Part shown: piece after piece, positions 10,338 to 19,599 of the stretch | Layout: the number at the start of each line of letters is the position of its first letter | Numbering within the stretch: position 1 is the first letter of the stretch | Assembly (NCBI GenBank): GCA_027451365.1 | Contig: DAIDJN010000054.1 | Location: 3,690 to 67,689 of the forward strand | DNA: 64,000 bases | Direction: 5' to 3' | From: Phycisphaerales bacterium | Lineage (GTDB): Bacteria > Planctomycetota > Phycisphaerae > WQYP01 | Notes under the pieces: generated by a model | Databases searched by the model: none | The model's input: the letters and a program-made list of their open reading frames with translations, nothing else | Told to the model about the DNA's origin: nothing | Program-made: the position numbers and the translations under genes

Positions 10338-11129
10338 TCATACAATTTCCGGAAACGCGGCATTAAAATCCGTCTGCTGAAATACCACAAACCGCGCCCA
10401 GCCGTTGCCGCTGGTTTGCGAGCCATCCGTCACAATGCTGGCGGCGACACCCGTGGGGATGGAACCATCCACATTTTTGAAGACCGCATACTGATCCCAT
10501 GTTTCCGGGTTATATGCAAAGCTGTAGGTGTTGCGGTACCAGACGCCATCATGTGTGGTGCCGTTAATGGGCAGGCAAAGCCAGGTTCGCGGCGGAAAGC
10601 CGCGCCAGGTTGCGGAATTTACCTTGCCCGCGTAGGCCAGCGTAACAGATTCCGGATCTGTGGTTTGCAGAAAATGAAAATTAATGGTGGCGTTGAGCAC
10701 CAGGCGGTGAAGGTCGGCCACCTGGGTTTGGCCATTGCCGCCGGCGGGGGTATAGGTGACGGTGGCCAGATTGTTGGAAGCATCATAATGCCCCGTGGCC
10801 TGCACCAGACCGGCATTAAAACTTTTAAGATAACTGGCGGGGTAAAGGTCCCACTGGTATTCGCACAGCGTGTCAAAACAATCAAACCCCTGACAGTGTG
10901 TGCGGACATTGCGCACCACTGCTTCGGGCCGGTCCGGGTGGGCTGCGCCAATACCGGGAATGACAAACCCGCTGACGGTGTCGGTAGCCGACACCGCCAT
11001 AATGGGCCGCAGCGTAGGCGAGTATTGAGACAAGCCGGTGATCTGAAATTTCCGGATAATGCGGTAACCCGACGCGGTCCATTCGAGCGGCTGGGGTAGA
11101 AGAAGGTCTTCTTTGATACTGATCGGCAT
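10338..11129 (-). CDS. Phage tail/baseplate-like protein
   Basis: 263-aa ORF with IPGIGAAHP, GKVNSATWRGF..TWLC..G..Y.F.YNP.TW and a C-terminal VFQQTDF; pattern recalled from siphovirus-like tail-module genes. Confidence 0.55.
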   Translation of the reverse strand: MPISIKEDLLLPQPLEWTASGYRIIRKFQITGLSQYSPTLRPIMAVSATDTVSGFVIPGIGAAHPDRPEAVVRNVRTHCQGFDCFDTLCEYQWDLYPASYLKSFNAGLVQATGHYDASNNLATVTYTPAGGNGQTQVADLHRLVLNATINFHFLQTTDPESVTLAYAGKVNSATWRGFPPRTWLCLPINGTTHDGVWYRNTYSFAYNPETWDQYAVFKNVDGSIPTGVAASIVTDGSQTSGNGWARFVVFQQTDFNAAFPEIV

Positions 11130-11297
11130 GTAAAGCTATAGCAATGGGAATGGCGGATAACAGCGCGGCGGGCGGCCTTGTTGCGCCAGAAGTCTCTCTG
11201 TCAGCAAAGCCTGTTTTGGTCCCAGTTGACCGGGAGTATCTCAATTTCCGCCTCTGGCCGTTGACTTTCCAACTGATATCCCGGATGTTTTCATTTT

Positions 11298-11936
11298 ATG
11301 GTGATGCAACTGCTGATCGCGACTTCCAATGCCGGCAAAATTCGGGAGATTACCCATGAAATTGCGGCCGCGGGACTGGGAACGGTTCAACCGCGCAGCC
11401 TGGCCGATTTTCCCGCAATCGCGCCTGTGGTGGAGGATCAACCAAGTTTCGCGGGCAATGCCATGAAAAAGGCCGCCGCGTATGCCCGCGCCTTCGGCGT
11501 GCCCGCATTGGCGGACGATTCCGGATTATGCGTGGATGCGTTAAATGGCGCGCCGGGCGTGTTGAGCGCACGATACGCCGGCGAGCCGTGCAACGATTCG
11601 GCCAATAATCACCATCTGCTGCGGGAACTTCGGAATGTGCCTCCCGAAAAGCGCAGTGCCCGGTTTGTATGCGCTGTGGCCCTGGCAACGCCTTCGGCGA
11701 ATCTGGCCCTTATTGTGGAATCTTTGGAGGGGCAAATTATTGATTCGCCGCGCGGTGCCAACGGCTTCGGTTACGACCCGCTATTTTTCCTTCCGCACCT
11801 GAACTGCACCACCGCCGAACTGACGCTGCCGCAAAAGGCGCTGCTAAGCCACCGCGGGAAGGCGGTGCGTCAGATGATTGACTGGCTCAAGCGGAATTTG
11901 CCCGCCATTGAAGCGTGCGCCGCGGCGGCAGAATAA
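11298..11936 (+). CDS. rdgB: Non-canonical purine NTP pyrophosphatase (HAM1 family)
   Basis: ATSNAGK, ADDSGLCVDAL, PGVLSARYAG, GFGYDP, SHRGKA. Confidence 0.95.
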   Translation: MVMQLLIATSNAGKIREITHEIAAAGLGTVQPRSLADFPAIAPVVEDQPSFAGNAMKKAAAYARAFGVPALADDSGLCVDALNGAPGVLSARYAGEPCNDSANNHHLLRELRNVPPEKRSARFVCAVALATPSANLALIVESLEGQIIDSPRGANGFGYDPLFFLPHLNCTTAELTLPQKALLSHRGKAVRQMIDWLKRNLPAIEACAAAAE

Positions 11937-12010
11937 CCGCGCCGCCCCTGGATGCAACAGAAGAGTCAGGCAATCCATTTGGCCTGCAGCTGCGCCATTG
12001 GCCATATCAG

Positions 12011-12907
12011 TCATGACCGCTGATATACCCGCACGTAATCCACTTCAAACAATCCGGGAAAGCGTGTGCCGGCCGGGTTGCCGCCCGCGGTGCCGCCCAC
12101 CGCAAGGTTTAAAATCATATAGGCCGGCTGATGGAACGGGTTAAAATTATCAAATCGCGGATCCAGCGTCTGCGATAAATCCACATGATTGTATAAATGT
12201 CCATCCATATACAGTCGAATAAATTCCGGCCGCCAGTCCATGACCCAAAGGTGAAAGTCCGCGGCCCATCGCGGATTGTGCAATGCCGCAACAGGCGTAA
12301 ACACGCTGCGCCACACCGCCTGGCCGTTGTTATTCTGCCAAGCCACGTTGGCATTTACATGACCGGCGTAATATTCCATGATGTCAATTTCCCCGCAGGC
12401 GGGCCAAGGTTTGGCCACACCAAGCATCCACCAGGCCGGCCATAGACCTGGTCGAATGTCAATGCGTCCGCGCATCTCGAAAATGCCATATTTCCAGGAA
12501 TGAAGGCCGCCGGTGGTCAGAGAGCTGGATGTATACTGCGCAAACTTTCGCTGCTGCTGCCATCCGCCGGTGGGCCGGTAATTCGGATTTGTCACGCGCT
12601 GGCGTCGGGCTTCTATAATCAGTCGGCCATCCCGGCAAATGGCATTCTGCGGCTGATACCATTGCGCTTCATGGTTGCGAACAAAGCCACGCTCATAATT
12701 CCAGTTTTTCGGATTCGGACGTCCATCCTGATTGAACTCATCATGCCATGCCAGTCGATAACCGCGGGGAACGCGAAGATAAATGGCCTGGGCGGTTGAA
12801 AAATCCAGCAAGCCAACCGCGCTGGCGGTACCCAATGCGCTGGCGGCCAGCGCGCCGCGGATAATCGATCTGCGTGAGGCCCGTGGCGCGTCCAATAGTG
12901 ACGTCAT
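12011..12907 (-). CDS. Tat-exported GH16 glycoside hydrolase (laminarinase-like)
   Basis: Tat motif SRRSII; WHDEF, GLWPAWW, catalytic GEIDIME, LNLAVGG, VDYVRVYQ. Confidence 0.92.
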   Translation of the reverse strand: MTSLLDAPRASRRSIIRGALAASALGTASAVGLLDFSTAQAIYLRVPRGYRLAWHDEFNQDGRPNPKNWNYERGFVRNHEAQWYQPQNAICRDGRLIIEARRQRVTNPNYRPTGGWQQQRKFAQYTSSSLTTGGLHSWKYGIFEMRGRIDIRPGLWPAWWMLGVAKPWPACGEIDIMEYYAGHVNANVAWQNNNGQAVWRSVFTPVAALHNPRWAADFHLWVMDWRPEFIRLYMDGHLYNHVDLSQTLDPRFDNFNPFHQPAYMILNLAVGGTAGGNPAGTRFPGLFEVDYVRVYQRS

Positions 12908-13081
12908 GAATTCCTCCTATGGATTGATCCCGGGGATTGATTCTGCTGCGCAGCGGTTACGACCATAAATTCTGTTTACGATACGCATGACCACCGATGG
13001 AACGCCAGTTTGCCATCAGACCACCATATCGCCTGCGGCTGAATCCACCGGCCCGCACGATCGGATTCCGGCCGGCCCGCG

Positions 13082-15058
13082 TCAGGGCAATCCGTTTCCT
13101 GTACCCGCGGGGGCGTGTTTAATTTCCCCTGGAAGTCCGGTATTGAACGGCGAAGTGCCGCTGGCCGGACTTGTGGTTGCCGCAGGCCGCGTGGTGGTCG
13201 GCGCGGTGCCGTTGGCCCGCGGCCGATTAAGCGTTGCGTAGAGCGTGCGGCGGCGATGGCTGATTTTCTGAATATGGAAAATGGCTGGAATTTCCTGTGA
13301 CTGGCACAATTTATACAGCATCACGACGATACGCTGATACGATAGCGCGATATATGCCTGATGTGGATCAAACTTCGGCGAAAACGGGTCCGGTGCGCCG
13401 CCCAAAGCGTTGATCAGCCCAGGCAATTCCGCATCACACGCAAGTGTCACAGTGCGGTGCGAAAGTGGCCCGCGGTAATACAACTGAATCGGTTCCGGCT
13501 TGAGCGTTTTGGCCGGCACCAACTTATTTATTCCGCCGCCGAACAGTTTGCCATTTTTGGCAGCGGCGGGCGGGCCGGCCGGGGCAGTTGCCGCCGGCAT
13601 TGTGGCCGCGGTTGGCAGCGGGTAATTGACCGTAATGGTATTCCCAGGACTGATATACAAACTTCCGGGCACCAGAGAGGGCACTCTGCCGATAATCGCC
13701 ACCCGCTGGCGGCCCGTGGTGGTGACATACACAATTGCAGGCTCATTGGTCTGCAACACATCGAGGCTGAATTTTCCACCGACAATCTGGGAATAAATCA
13801 GGCCGGAATGAATGTGCCGCAATGCGCGGTACCCCAAAATGCGCATGGATGGCTGCGCCAGCGTAAGCAACCGTGTGAATGCAAGTGTGGCGCTGACATG
13901 GTCGCGGCAGCGTTCCAAGGCGCGCACCGCAGCCCCCTGGAAGGTGTTAGCGGGGTCATCGGCAATTTTCACCATTTTGACTATCGCGTCCTGATCGCCC
14001 AGCAATGTGCCGGCCTGCAGGCAATAAAATCGTACGGATATGTGGCTTGAAGCATAATGCTGCCGCAAAATCGGAATAATGGTGCGGCCCAACTGCCGCA
14101 GCGCCATGGCGAGCTGTCGATGCGGCGCGGTCGGATCATGCAGATCTGTGATCAAGCGGGCCGCCTGACTTTCCTTGAAACCAGGTACATCCTGCTCCAG
14201 ATACAAGTGCAGCGCCAGATTCACAAATCGTGAAGGGTTATGCTGATATTTCCGCGGCACATGCAGACTGATCAGCACATCATTTTCCGCGGTTGCGGCC
14301 GGCGGAAAGCTTCCATAGCGTTCGTTGATAATGCGTTCCACAAGTGCTGCGATTCGGAATGACGGCGTATAAAGCTGCAGGAGAACGGGCAAATTGGCGG
14401 TCACCACGCCGCCGCCGATCACCCGGCCATTCCGGGTAAGTGCGGTCGGTTTCAGAAGATGGCCTGTTTTGGAAAATGGATTGCAGAATACCGGTCCCCG
14501 GCCATGGGCGATCGGAGACGATTGAAATTGTCTGCGTAAATGCACGCGCAACGGCACCGGCCACAGGAGGCCATTTTCCAGGCTGGTCGTTTGAGATCCC
14601 GGCAGTGCGGCAACATAAAGATCAAATTTTGTGCCGCGCGTGGCCAGCGCGGGAATAATACCCTCTACAGCCACCGCGGAAATTTCCCGTGATGAAAGGA
14701 TCTGCCGCGGGTCGTATTGACCGGTATTTCGCGAACGAAAGCCGACGCCGTTTTTCAGCAGCCGGTTGATCATGATATGCCGGATTTCCGGAGGCATTTC
14801 GCCGCTGCCGGTATTCGGCAGCCCCGCGATTACGCCCCAGCCGCGCACGAGGGTGGGCGTGTTGTAAGCCAGCGTGGCCACAGAACTGATGGTTCCCTTA
14901 AGACCGGAATAAATCGTCGGCTGCGGCAGGCGATCCTGTCGGGTAATTGGCGGCGCTCCACTGCGCCGCGCGCTGTTGCAGCCCGCAAGTGGCAGTGCGG
15001 CCGCCGCCGCAATTCCAACCAGTCCGGCAACGCGGAAAAAATGACGCTTGTGGCGCAT
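13082..15058 (-). CDS. FlgI (P-ring)-like lipoprotein with HEAT-repeat extension
   Basis: Lipobox LAGC after ATG 15058; VRGWGVIAGLPNTGS, FDLYV, TSLENGLL resemble the FlgI N-terminus; helical repeats follow. Confidence 0.75.
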   Translation of the reverse strand: MRHKRHFFRVAGLVGIAAAAALPLAGCNSARRSGAPPITRQDRLPQPTIYSGLKGTISSVATLAYNTPTLVRGWGVIAGLPNTGSGEMPPEIRHIMINRLLKNGVGFRSRNTGQYDPRQILSSREISAVAVEGIIPALATRGTKFDLYVAALPGSQTTSLENGLLWPVPLRVHLRRQFQSSPIAHGRGPVFCNPFSKTGHLLKPTALTRNGRVIGGGVVTANLPVLLQLYTPSFRIAALVERIINERYGSFPPAATAENDVLISLHVPRKYQHNPSRFVNLALHLYLEQDVPGFKESQAARLITDLHDPTAPHRQLAMALRQLGRTIIPILRQHYASSHISVRFYCLQAGTLLGDQDAIVKMVKIADDPANTFQGAAVRALERCRDHVSATLAFTRLLTLAQPSMRILGYRALRHIHSGLIYSQIVGGKFSLDVLQTNEPAIVYVTTTGRQRVAIIGRVPSLVPGSLYISPGNTITVNYPLPTAATMPAATAPAGPPAAAKNGKLFGGGINKLVPAKTLKPEPIQLYYRGPLSHRTVTLACDAELPGLINALGGAPDPFSPKFDPHQAYIALSYQRIVVMLYKLCQSQEIPAIFHIQKISHRRRTLYATLNRPRANGTAPTTTRPAATTSPASGTSPFNTGLPGEIKHAPAGTGNGLP

Positions 15059-15435
15059 GTTCACTCCAGGGGCGTTTGCCCGTTGTGGCCATGGGTTCGG
15101 CATGTTGTGCCGCTGCGGTTTGTCCCCGGCCAAGTCTGTAAAGCATACCCCTTCCACGTGCCCCATGACAAGGCAGAATATCCGCTGCGGCATCCGGAGA
15201 TTTAAACAAGGCCTGCGCGGCCAGGCATGTTGCAGCGCCGCAAGCGTGGTACACGGGGCCCAATGAGAGCTTGTGACGTCAGAAAAATCGCCAGAGGTGG
15301 GCCGGCAACCGGATATTGATCTGGCCATGTGGAAGCATTTCCGAGGGTCGAAACCCGCGGTCGGCGGCGGTTGAGGCATATCGGGATGGTGTCTGTATTG
15401 TGCCGGACGCGGTGCGGGTCCGGATAGCGTATGCG

Positions 15436-16725
15436 TTACTGCCGCCAGAGCGGATCATCCGCGTCAATCGAAAGAATCGAACGTCGTGCCCGGTCGCTGA
15501 CAAGAGGCCAGTGCATGTGACGAACGGAAATCGTTTCCATCAGGCCGCGCCCCATCAGGCGTCGCTGGTCGCGGTTTTGCAGTTGAATGGAGCAGTTGCT
15601 TCGCACGCTCCAGGGGGTCGCTTCCAAGGCTGTTTCATGATGAATCAGCAGTTCGACATTGTTGCCGCGGGCATCTCCGCCGTGCATGTCCAGTGTGGCC
15701 GGGTAGCGTACCAGTGAACCGCTGGTGCGCGCCGAAACAATATCTGTTTCCGGATGTTCAATTACTACCGGATCGGATCCGGCCTGATAAATCGCGACCG
15801 AATTGGTTGACTGTCTATTGCGTCGGACACCGTCCGCGGCGTTCCAGATAACCGCCCAGTCTTCACCAAGCACGCGTCCACGGCTGATTGACCGAATATC
15901 GCGCATCAGGCCTGATCCACCAAAATAATGGTCATGGTAGCCCAACCCCTGCATCGGCATATCCACCAGCATTATGTCGTCCGAAGCGCTGATATGCTGC
16001 AACCGGCCGTTCACTTTGCAATGCGGCGCGCTGACAATCCAGGAATGTTCAACCCCATCTTCCGCCGGTGGCCGCAGCGGCTGAACCATTGGCGTATAGT
16101 TAAAAGTCGGTTGAAACGTTAATTCCACAAGAAGAAACTGGTCCTGACGATGGCGCGGCATTAACAGCGTCGGATCCATAGGATACCCGCGCGCCACAAG
16201 CCCCACGCTTCCATCCTGACGCAAAGTAATGCGATTAGGCCCGACCGCGATTTCCGGACTGCCGCGATCGCCTCTGAACGACCCGGGCGGGTACAAGTTC
16301 AGCGATCGCACCAGACATCGACCACCCTGAAAAAGAGAAATGGCCGCCGCTGGATAAAAGCCGGGCAGCGCCTGTTCGCGGACCGATGAAAGCTGATGAT
16401 GTTTTTTGGATCGGTAATAACGTTGAAGTTCCCGCAAATATCGTGGATGAATCGGCAGTCCGTCATAAAGGTCAATCGACACGCCGTTGCCGACGGCATC
16501 CATTGCGTCAAAATGCCAGCATTCATAGGCTCCGGGAGTGCGCAGCTGCCGCCAACCGTTTTGTTCCCAACGCGCCGCAAGGCTGGCGGCGGCCATACCC
16601 GCAATTCCGGCATTCGAGCCAGCCTTGGAGCCAGAACTCGACGCAGGCCGATTATCCGCGGCGGCAAGTCCCACGGAACCGGCGGCGGAGTAAGAATATT
16701 TATCTTGTTTCAACATGATGGTCAT
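15436..16725 (-). CDS. CrtC-like carotenoid 1,2-hydratase / AttH-fold protein
   Basis: PGAYECWHFDA, EHSW (HxW) and GLGYHDH (YxD) match the CrtC-type catalytic pattern. Confidence 0.65.
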   Translation of the reverse strand: MTIMLKQDKYSYSAAGSVGLAAADNRPASSSGSKAGSNAGIAGMAAASLAARWEQNGWRQLRTPGAYECWHFDAMDAVGNGVSIDLYDGLPIHPRYLRELQRYYRSKKHHQLSSVREQALPGFYPAAAISLFQGGRCLVRSLNLYPPGSFRGDRGSPEIAVGPNRITLRQDGSVGLVARGYPMDPTLLMPRHRQDQFLLVELTFQPTFNYTPMVQPLRPPAEDGVEHSWIVSAPHCKVNGRLQHISASDDIMLVDMPMQGLGYHDHYFGGSGLMRDIRSISRGRVLGEDWAVIWNAADGVRRNRQSTNSVAIYQAGSDPVVIEHPETDIVSARTSGSLVRYPATLDMHGGDARGNNVELLIHHETALEATPWSVRSNCSIQLQNRDQRRLMGRGLMETISVRHMHWPLVSDRARRSILSIDADDPLWRQ

Positions 16726-17209
16726 GCGCCAAAAAGGTGTCTTTCAAAATCTCAATCGCTGGGTGTCCGGTGAAAAGTGGTCGTTGCGCATCTGCAACAG
16801 CCGCCGGACGACTCCCTTTGAAACATCAGAAGTCTTATCGGCACGCTAGGAATATGAGTTTAGCTGTTATTTGATAAATACGGAACCGCCTCCGAAAAAA
16901 CCACCATACGGAGCAATTCGCGCACCCGGACGACCGATAACCAAGCCCGGCAACATCTAAACTACAAAAGATTATAGCATTATAATGGTTATATAGCGAA
17001 TCACCCCGATCATGTGCGTTAAACGGGTGTGGCCGATAGAACCAGATTCTCCGTGCGGTCCGCTGCGAAACCCTTCCCTTTGCGAAAATTGCGGTCTATC
17101 TCGATGCGGCGGAACATTGCAGGCGGCCTTCGGCAGGTGGCCTCCGTTGTCCGCACCACGAAAGCCACATTCCGCGCCTGAATAAGCGTCGCATCGGTGA
17201 CTGGGTTGG

Positions 17210-17998
17210 CTATTTCCCTTGCGCTTTCAACTGCTTTTCGGGCAGCCGCCCGAGCAAACGCAGCAGGCCATCCAGAATTGTCAGCGGGTGGGGTGGACAA
17301 CCGGGGATAAAGAGGTCTACCGGTAATATGGCGGACGCACCGTTCAGAACTTCGGGGTGGTTGATGTAGGGGCCGCCCGAAATGGCGCATGCCCCCACCG
17401 CAATAACGATTTTAGGTTCAGGCATGGCGTCCCAGGTCTTTCTGACCGCCAATTCCATGTTGCGGCTCAGCGCCCCGGTCATAAGCAGGGCATCGGCGTG
17501 ACGCGGCGAGGCGACAAAGTCTATGCCGAATCGTTGCATATCCCAGCCGATGGTGCCCAACACGTTCACATCGGCTTCACACGCATTACAGCCGCCGGCG
17601 CTGACGACTCGAATTTTCAATGACCGTCCCAGCAGTTTCTTCAGACAGCCATCCAGTTCTCCGGCCGCCAGCAGCTTTTGTTGCGGTGTCAGCAACAGAT
17701 GTTGCCGCTGCCGCGCCGCCAGAACATGGTCTTGCGTAAAACGAATCGCATCTTCCGGACAAGCATCCGCGCATGCGGTGCAGAAAAGGCAACGCCCCAG
17801 GTCCAGTTGCGGCCCGGCGGCCAAGTCTATGGCGTCGGTCGGACAGCTTTGGGCACAGGCGTGGCAGCCGGCAGCGCACTTTTCGGCATCAATCACGGGC
17901 AGCCCGCGAAAGCGCGGAGGCAACGGCGGCGGGGCGGCGTCCGGATAGCCAATGGTTTGATGACCCTGTGACAGTCTGGCAAGTAAAATATCGATCAT
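17210..17998 (-). CDS. Ehr/hydrogenase-4-like small subunit (2x[4Fe-4S] domain fused to a NuoB-like domain)
   Basis: CAAGCHACAQSCP, CLFCTACADACP, GGCNACE, ASPRHAD, GACAISGG, PGCPPHP. Confidence 0.92.
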   Translation of the reverse strand: MIDILLARLSQGHQTIGYPDAAPPPLPPRFRGLPVIDAEKCAAGCHACAQSCPTDAIDLAAGPQLDLGRCLFCTACADACPEDAIRFTQDHVLAARQRQHLLLTPQQKLLAAGELDGCLKKLLGRSLKIRVVSAGGCNACEADVNVLGTIGWDMQRFGIDFVASPRHADALLMTGALSRNMELAVRKTWDAMPEPKIVIAVGACAISGGPYINHPEVLNGASAILPVDLFIPGCPPHPLTILDGLLRLLGRLPEKQLKAQGK

Positions 17999-18054
17999 AG
18001 TCGGGTTGTCCAGTTCGTACCTTTTGGAGAGCCGCCGGATGGGCGGCAACAGTT

Positions 18055-19599
18055 TTACAAATCATGTCCGCAGTAGGACAAATTAAAGCTTTTATTACAA
18101 AGCGGAAAATCAGAAATATCTTCGCCGCGAAGGGCCAGTCCCACCGCGGGCCAATTGTGAAATGAAGGATCCACCACTTTGTAACGAGCCAACCTTCCGG
18201 CGGAATCTGTACAGGCGGTGTGGCAAATTTCACCCCGCCAGCCCTCCACCATTGAAACCGCAATACAATTGGGATGCAGCGCCCCGACCGGCGATCGAAT
18301 GTCCCCCGTCGGCAGATTCCGCAGTTGTTCGGCAATGAATTCACTGGATCGTTGAACTTCCAGCCAGCGTACGAAGGCGCGCGCAAACACATCGCCGCTG
18401 TTCCATGTGGCGGTCGGTATATGGCTGAAACGGAACTGACCGGTCGGGTGATCCTGCCGCGCGTCGCGCGGCAAGCCGCAGGCCCGCGCCATCGGCCCGA
18501 CCAGGCCAAGGTCAATTGCGGTCTGCTGTTCCAGGGTTCCAGTCTCTTCCAGGCGGGACATCACCGATGGAGAATTCCACAGCAGTTCCACCGCCTGCCG
18601 CGTCTGTTCGCCGCTGACGCCCAGACGGTTTTCCAGCCGTTGGATCAAGTCCATATCCACATCAAATTGCACACCACCCGGGCAGAGCAGGTCGCGACCG
18701 AAGCGATTGGAGCAGAGCATCGCGGTCATGTTCAAATATTCGCCGCGGAGCCGACCGCAATGGGACGCGGTCGGCAAAAATCCGACATCTCCACTGATTG
18801 CACCCAAATCGCCGACATGGTTGGCCAGCCGTTCAAGCTCCAATGCGATTGCGCGCAGGCCCTGTGCCCGTGCGGATTTCTGCGTGTGGGAGAGCGCTTC
18901 AAGAATCTGGCACCAGGCGGTGGTATGGCCAATGGTGCTGTCTCCGCAAAGCGTCTGCGCATATTGCAGGCTGCGCTTATCCGGGCCGCCGATCAGCGCC
19001 CGTTCCACGCCGCGGTGCTGATACCCAAGGGAAATTTCAAGATTAAATATTTCCTCGCCATGGCATTGGAAGCGGAAATGGCCAGGCTCGATGACGCCTG
19101 CGTGCACCGGCCCGACCGCAACTTCGTGAACTTCGGACCCGCCCACCCGATAAAAATCCATCAGCCCGCATGGCGTGGGGGTGGCCGACCGACCGCTTTG
19201 CGGATACAGGCCGGAGGCAAACCGCACCGGCTTAAGCCATGGGTGGCCCTGTATCGGAATGCCGCATTGTTCAGCCATTTCGCGCTCAAATAACTGTACC
19301 TGTGGAAAATCGGCGGCCATTGACGGATAAAAGTCTTCAATTTGGCTTCGGACAATATGCAGAAGGGCGGTTGAATCATCCGCCAGTACGGCCAGCACGG
19401 TTCGCGGCATTGTGCGTTCCGTCTCTGGCCGCGCCGGGTCCGGCATTGCAAACAGACTAACCGTGCGCCAGCCGCGGACCATGGCGGCGGCCAGCAATTG
19501 CTGGAAAGTTCCCATAGCGTGCCGGGGAACCTTCTGGTAATCCATCGCCCGACCCGCATTCAGCGCCGCAAAGCCACTGGTTGAAACTGATTGGGTCAT
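18055..19599 (-). CDS. Ehr large subunit (HyfG/HycE-like, NuoC+NuoD fold) lacking the Ni-binding CxxC pairs
   Basis: FEREMAE, GPVHAGVIEPGHFRF, GYQHRG, ELERLANH, VEGWRGE, DPSFHNW; ends NKSFNLSYCGHDL instead of DPCxxC. Confidence 0.92.
   Translation of the reverse strand: MTQSVSTSGFAALNAGRAMDYQKVPRHAMGTFQQLLAAAMVRGWRTVSLFAMPDPARPETERTMPRTVLAVLADDSTALLHIVRSQIEDFYPSMAADFPQVQLFEREMAEQCGIPIQGHPWLKPVRFASGLYPQSGRSATPTPCGLMDFYRVGGSEVHEVAVGPVHAGVIEPGHFRFQCHGEEIFNLEISLGYQHRGVERALIGGPDKRSLQYAQTLCGDSTIGHTTAWCQILEALSHTQKSARAQGLRAIALELERLANHVGDLGAISGDVGFLPTASHCGRLRGEYLNMTAMLCSNRFGRDLLCPGGVQFDVDMDLIQRLENRLGVSGEQTRQAVELLWNSPSVMSRLEETGTLEQQTAIDLGLVGPMARACGLPRDARQDHPTGQFRFSHIPTATWNSGDVFARAFVRWLEVQRSSEFIAEQLRNLPTGDIRSPVGALHPNCIAVSMVEGWRGEICHTACTDSAGRLARYKVVDPSFHNWPAVGLALRGEDISDFPLCNKSFNLSYCGHDL

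Noticed and set aside
9984-11099. 371-aa plus-strand ORF
   Set aside because: Antisense shadow of the phage-like genes with no recognisable motifs.
9504-11129. Intact prophage
   Set aside because: Only two phage-like genes; no integrase, att sites, head or lysis genes.
18274-19293. 339-aa plus-strand ORF and similar long ORFs over other genes (e.g. 23623-24552, 56450-57358)
   Set aside because: Shadow ORFs expected from GC-rich codon usage.
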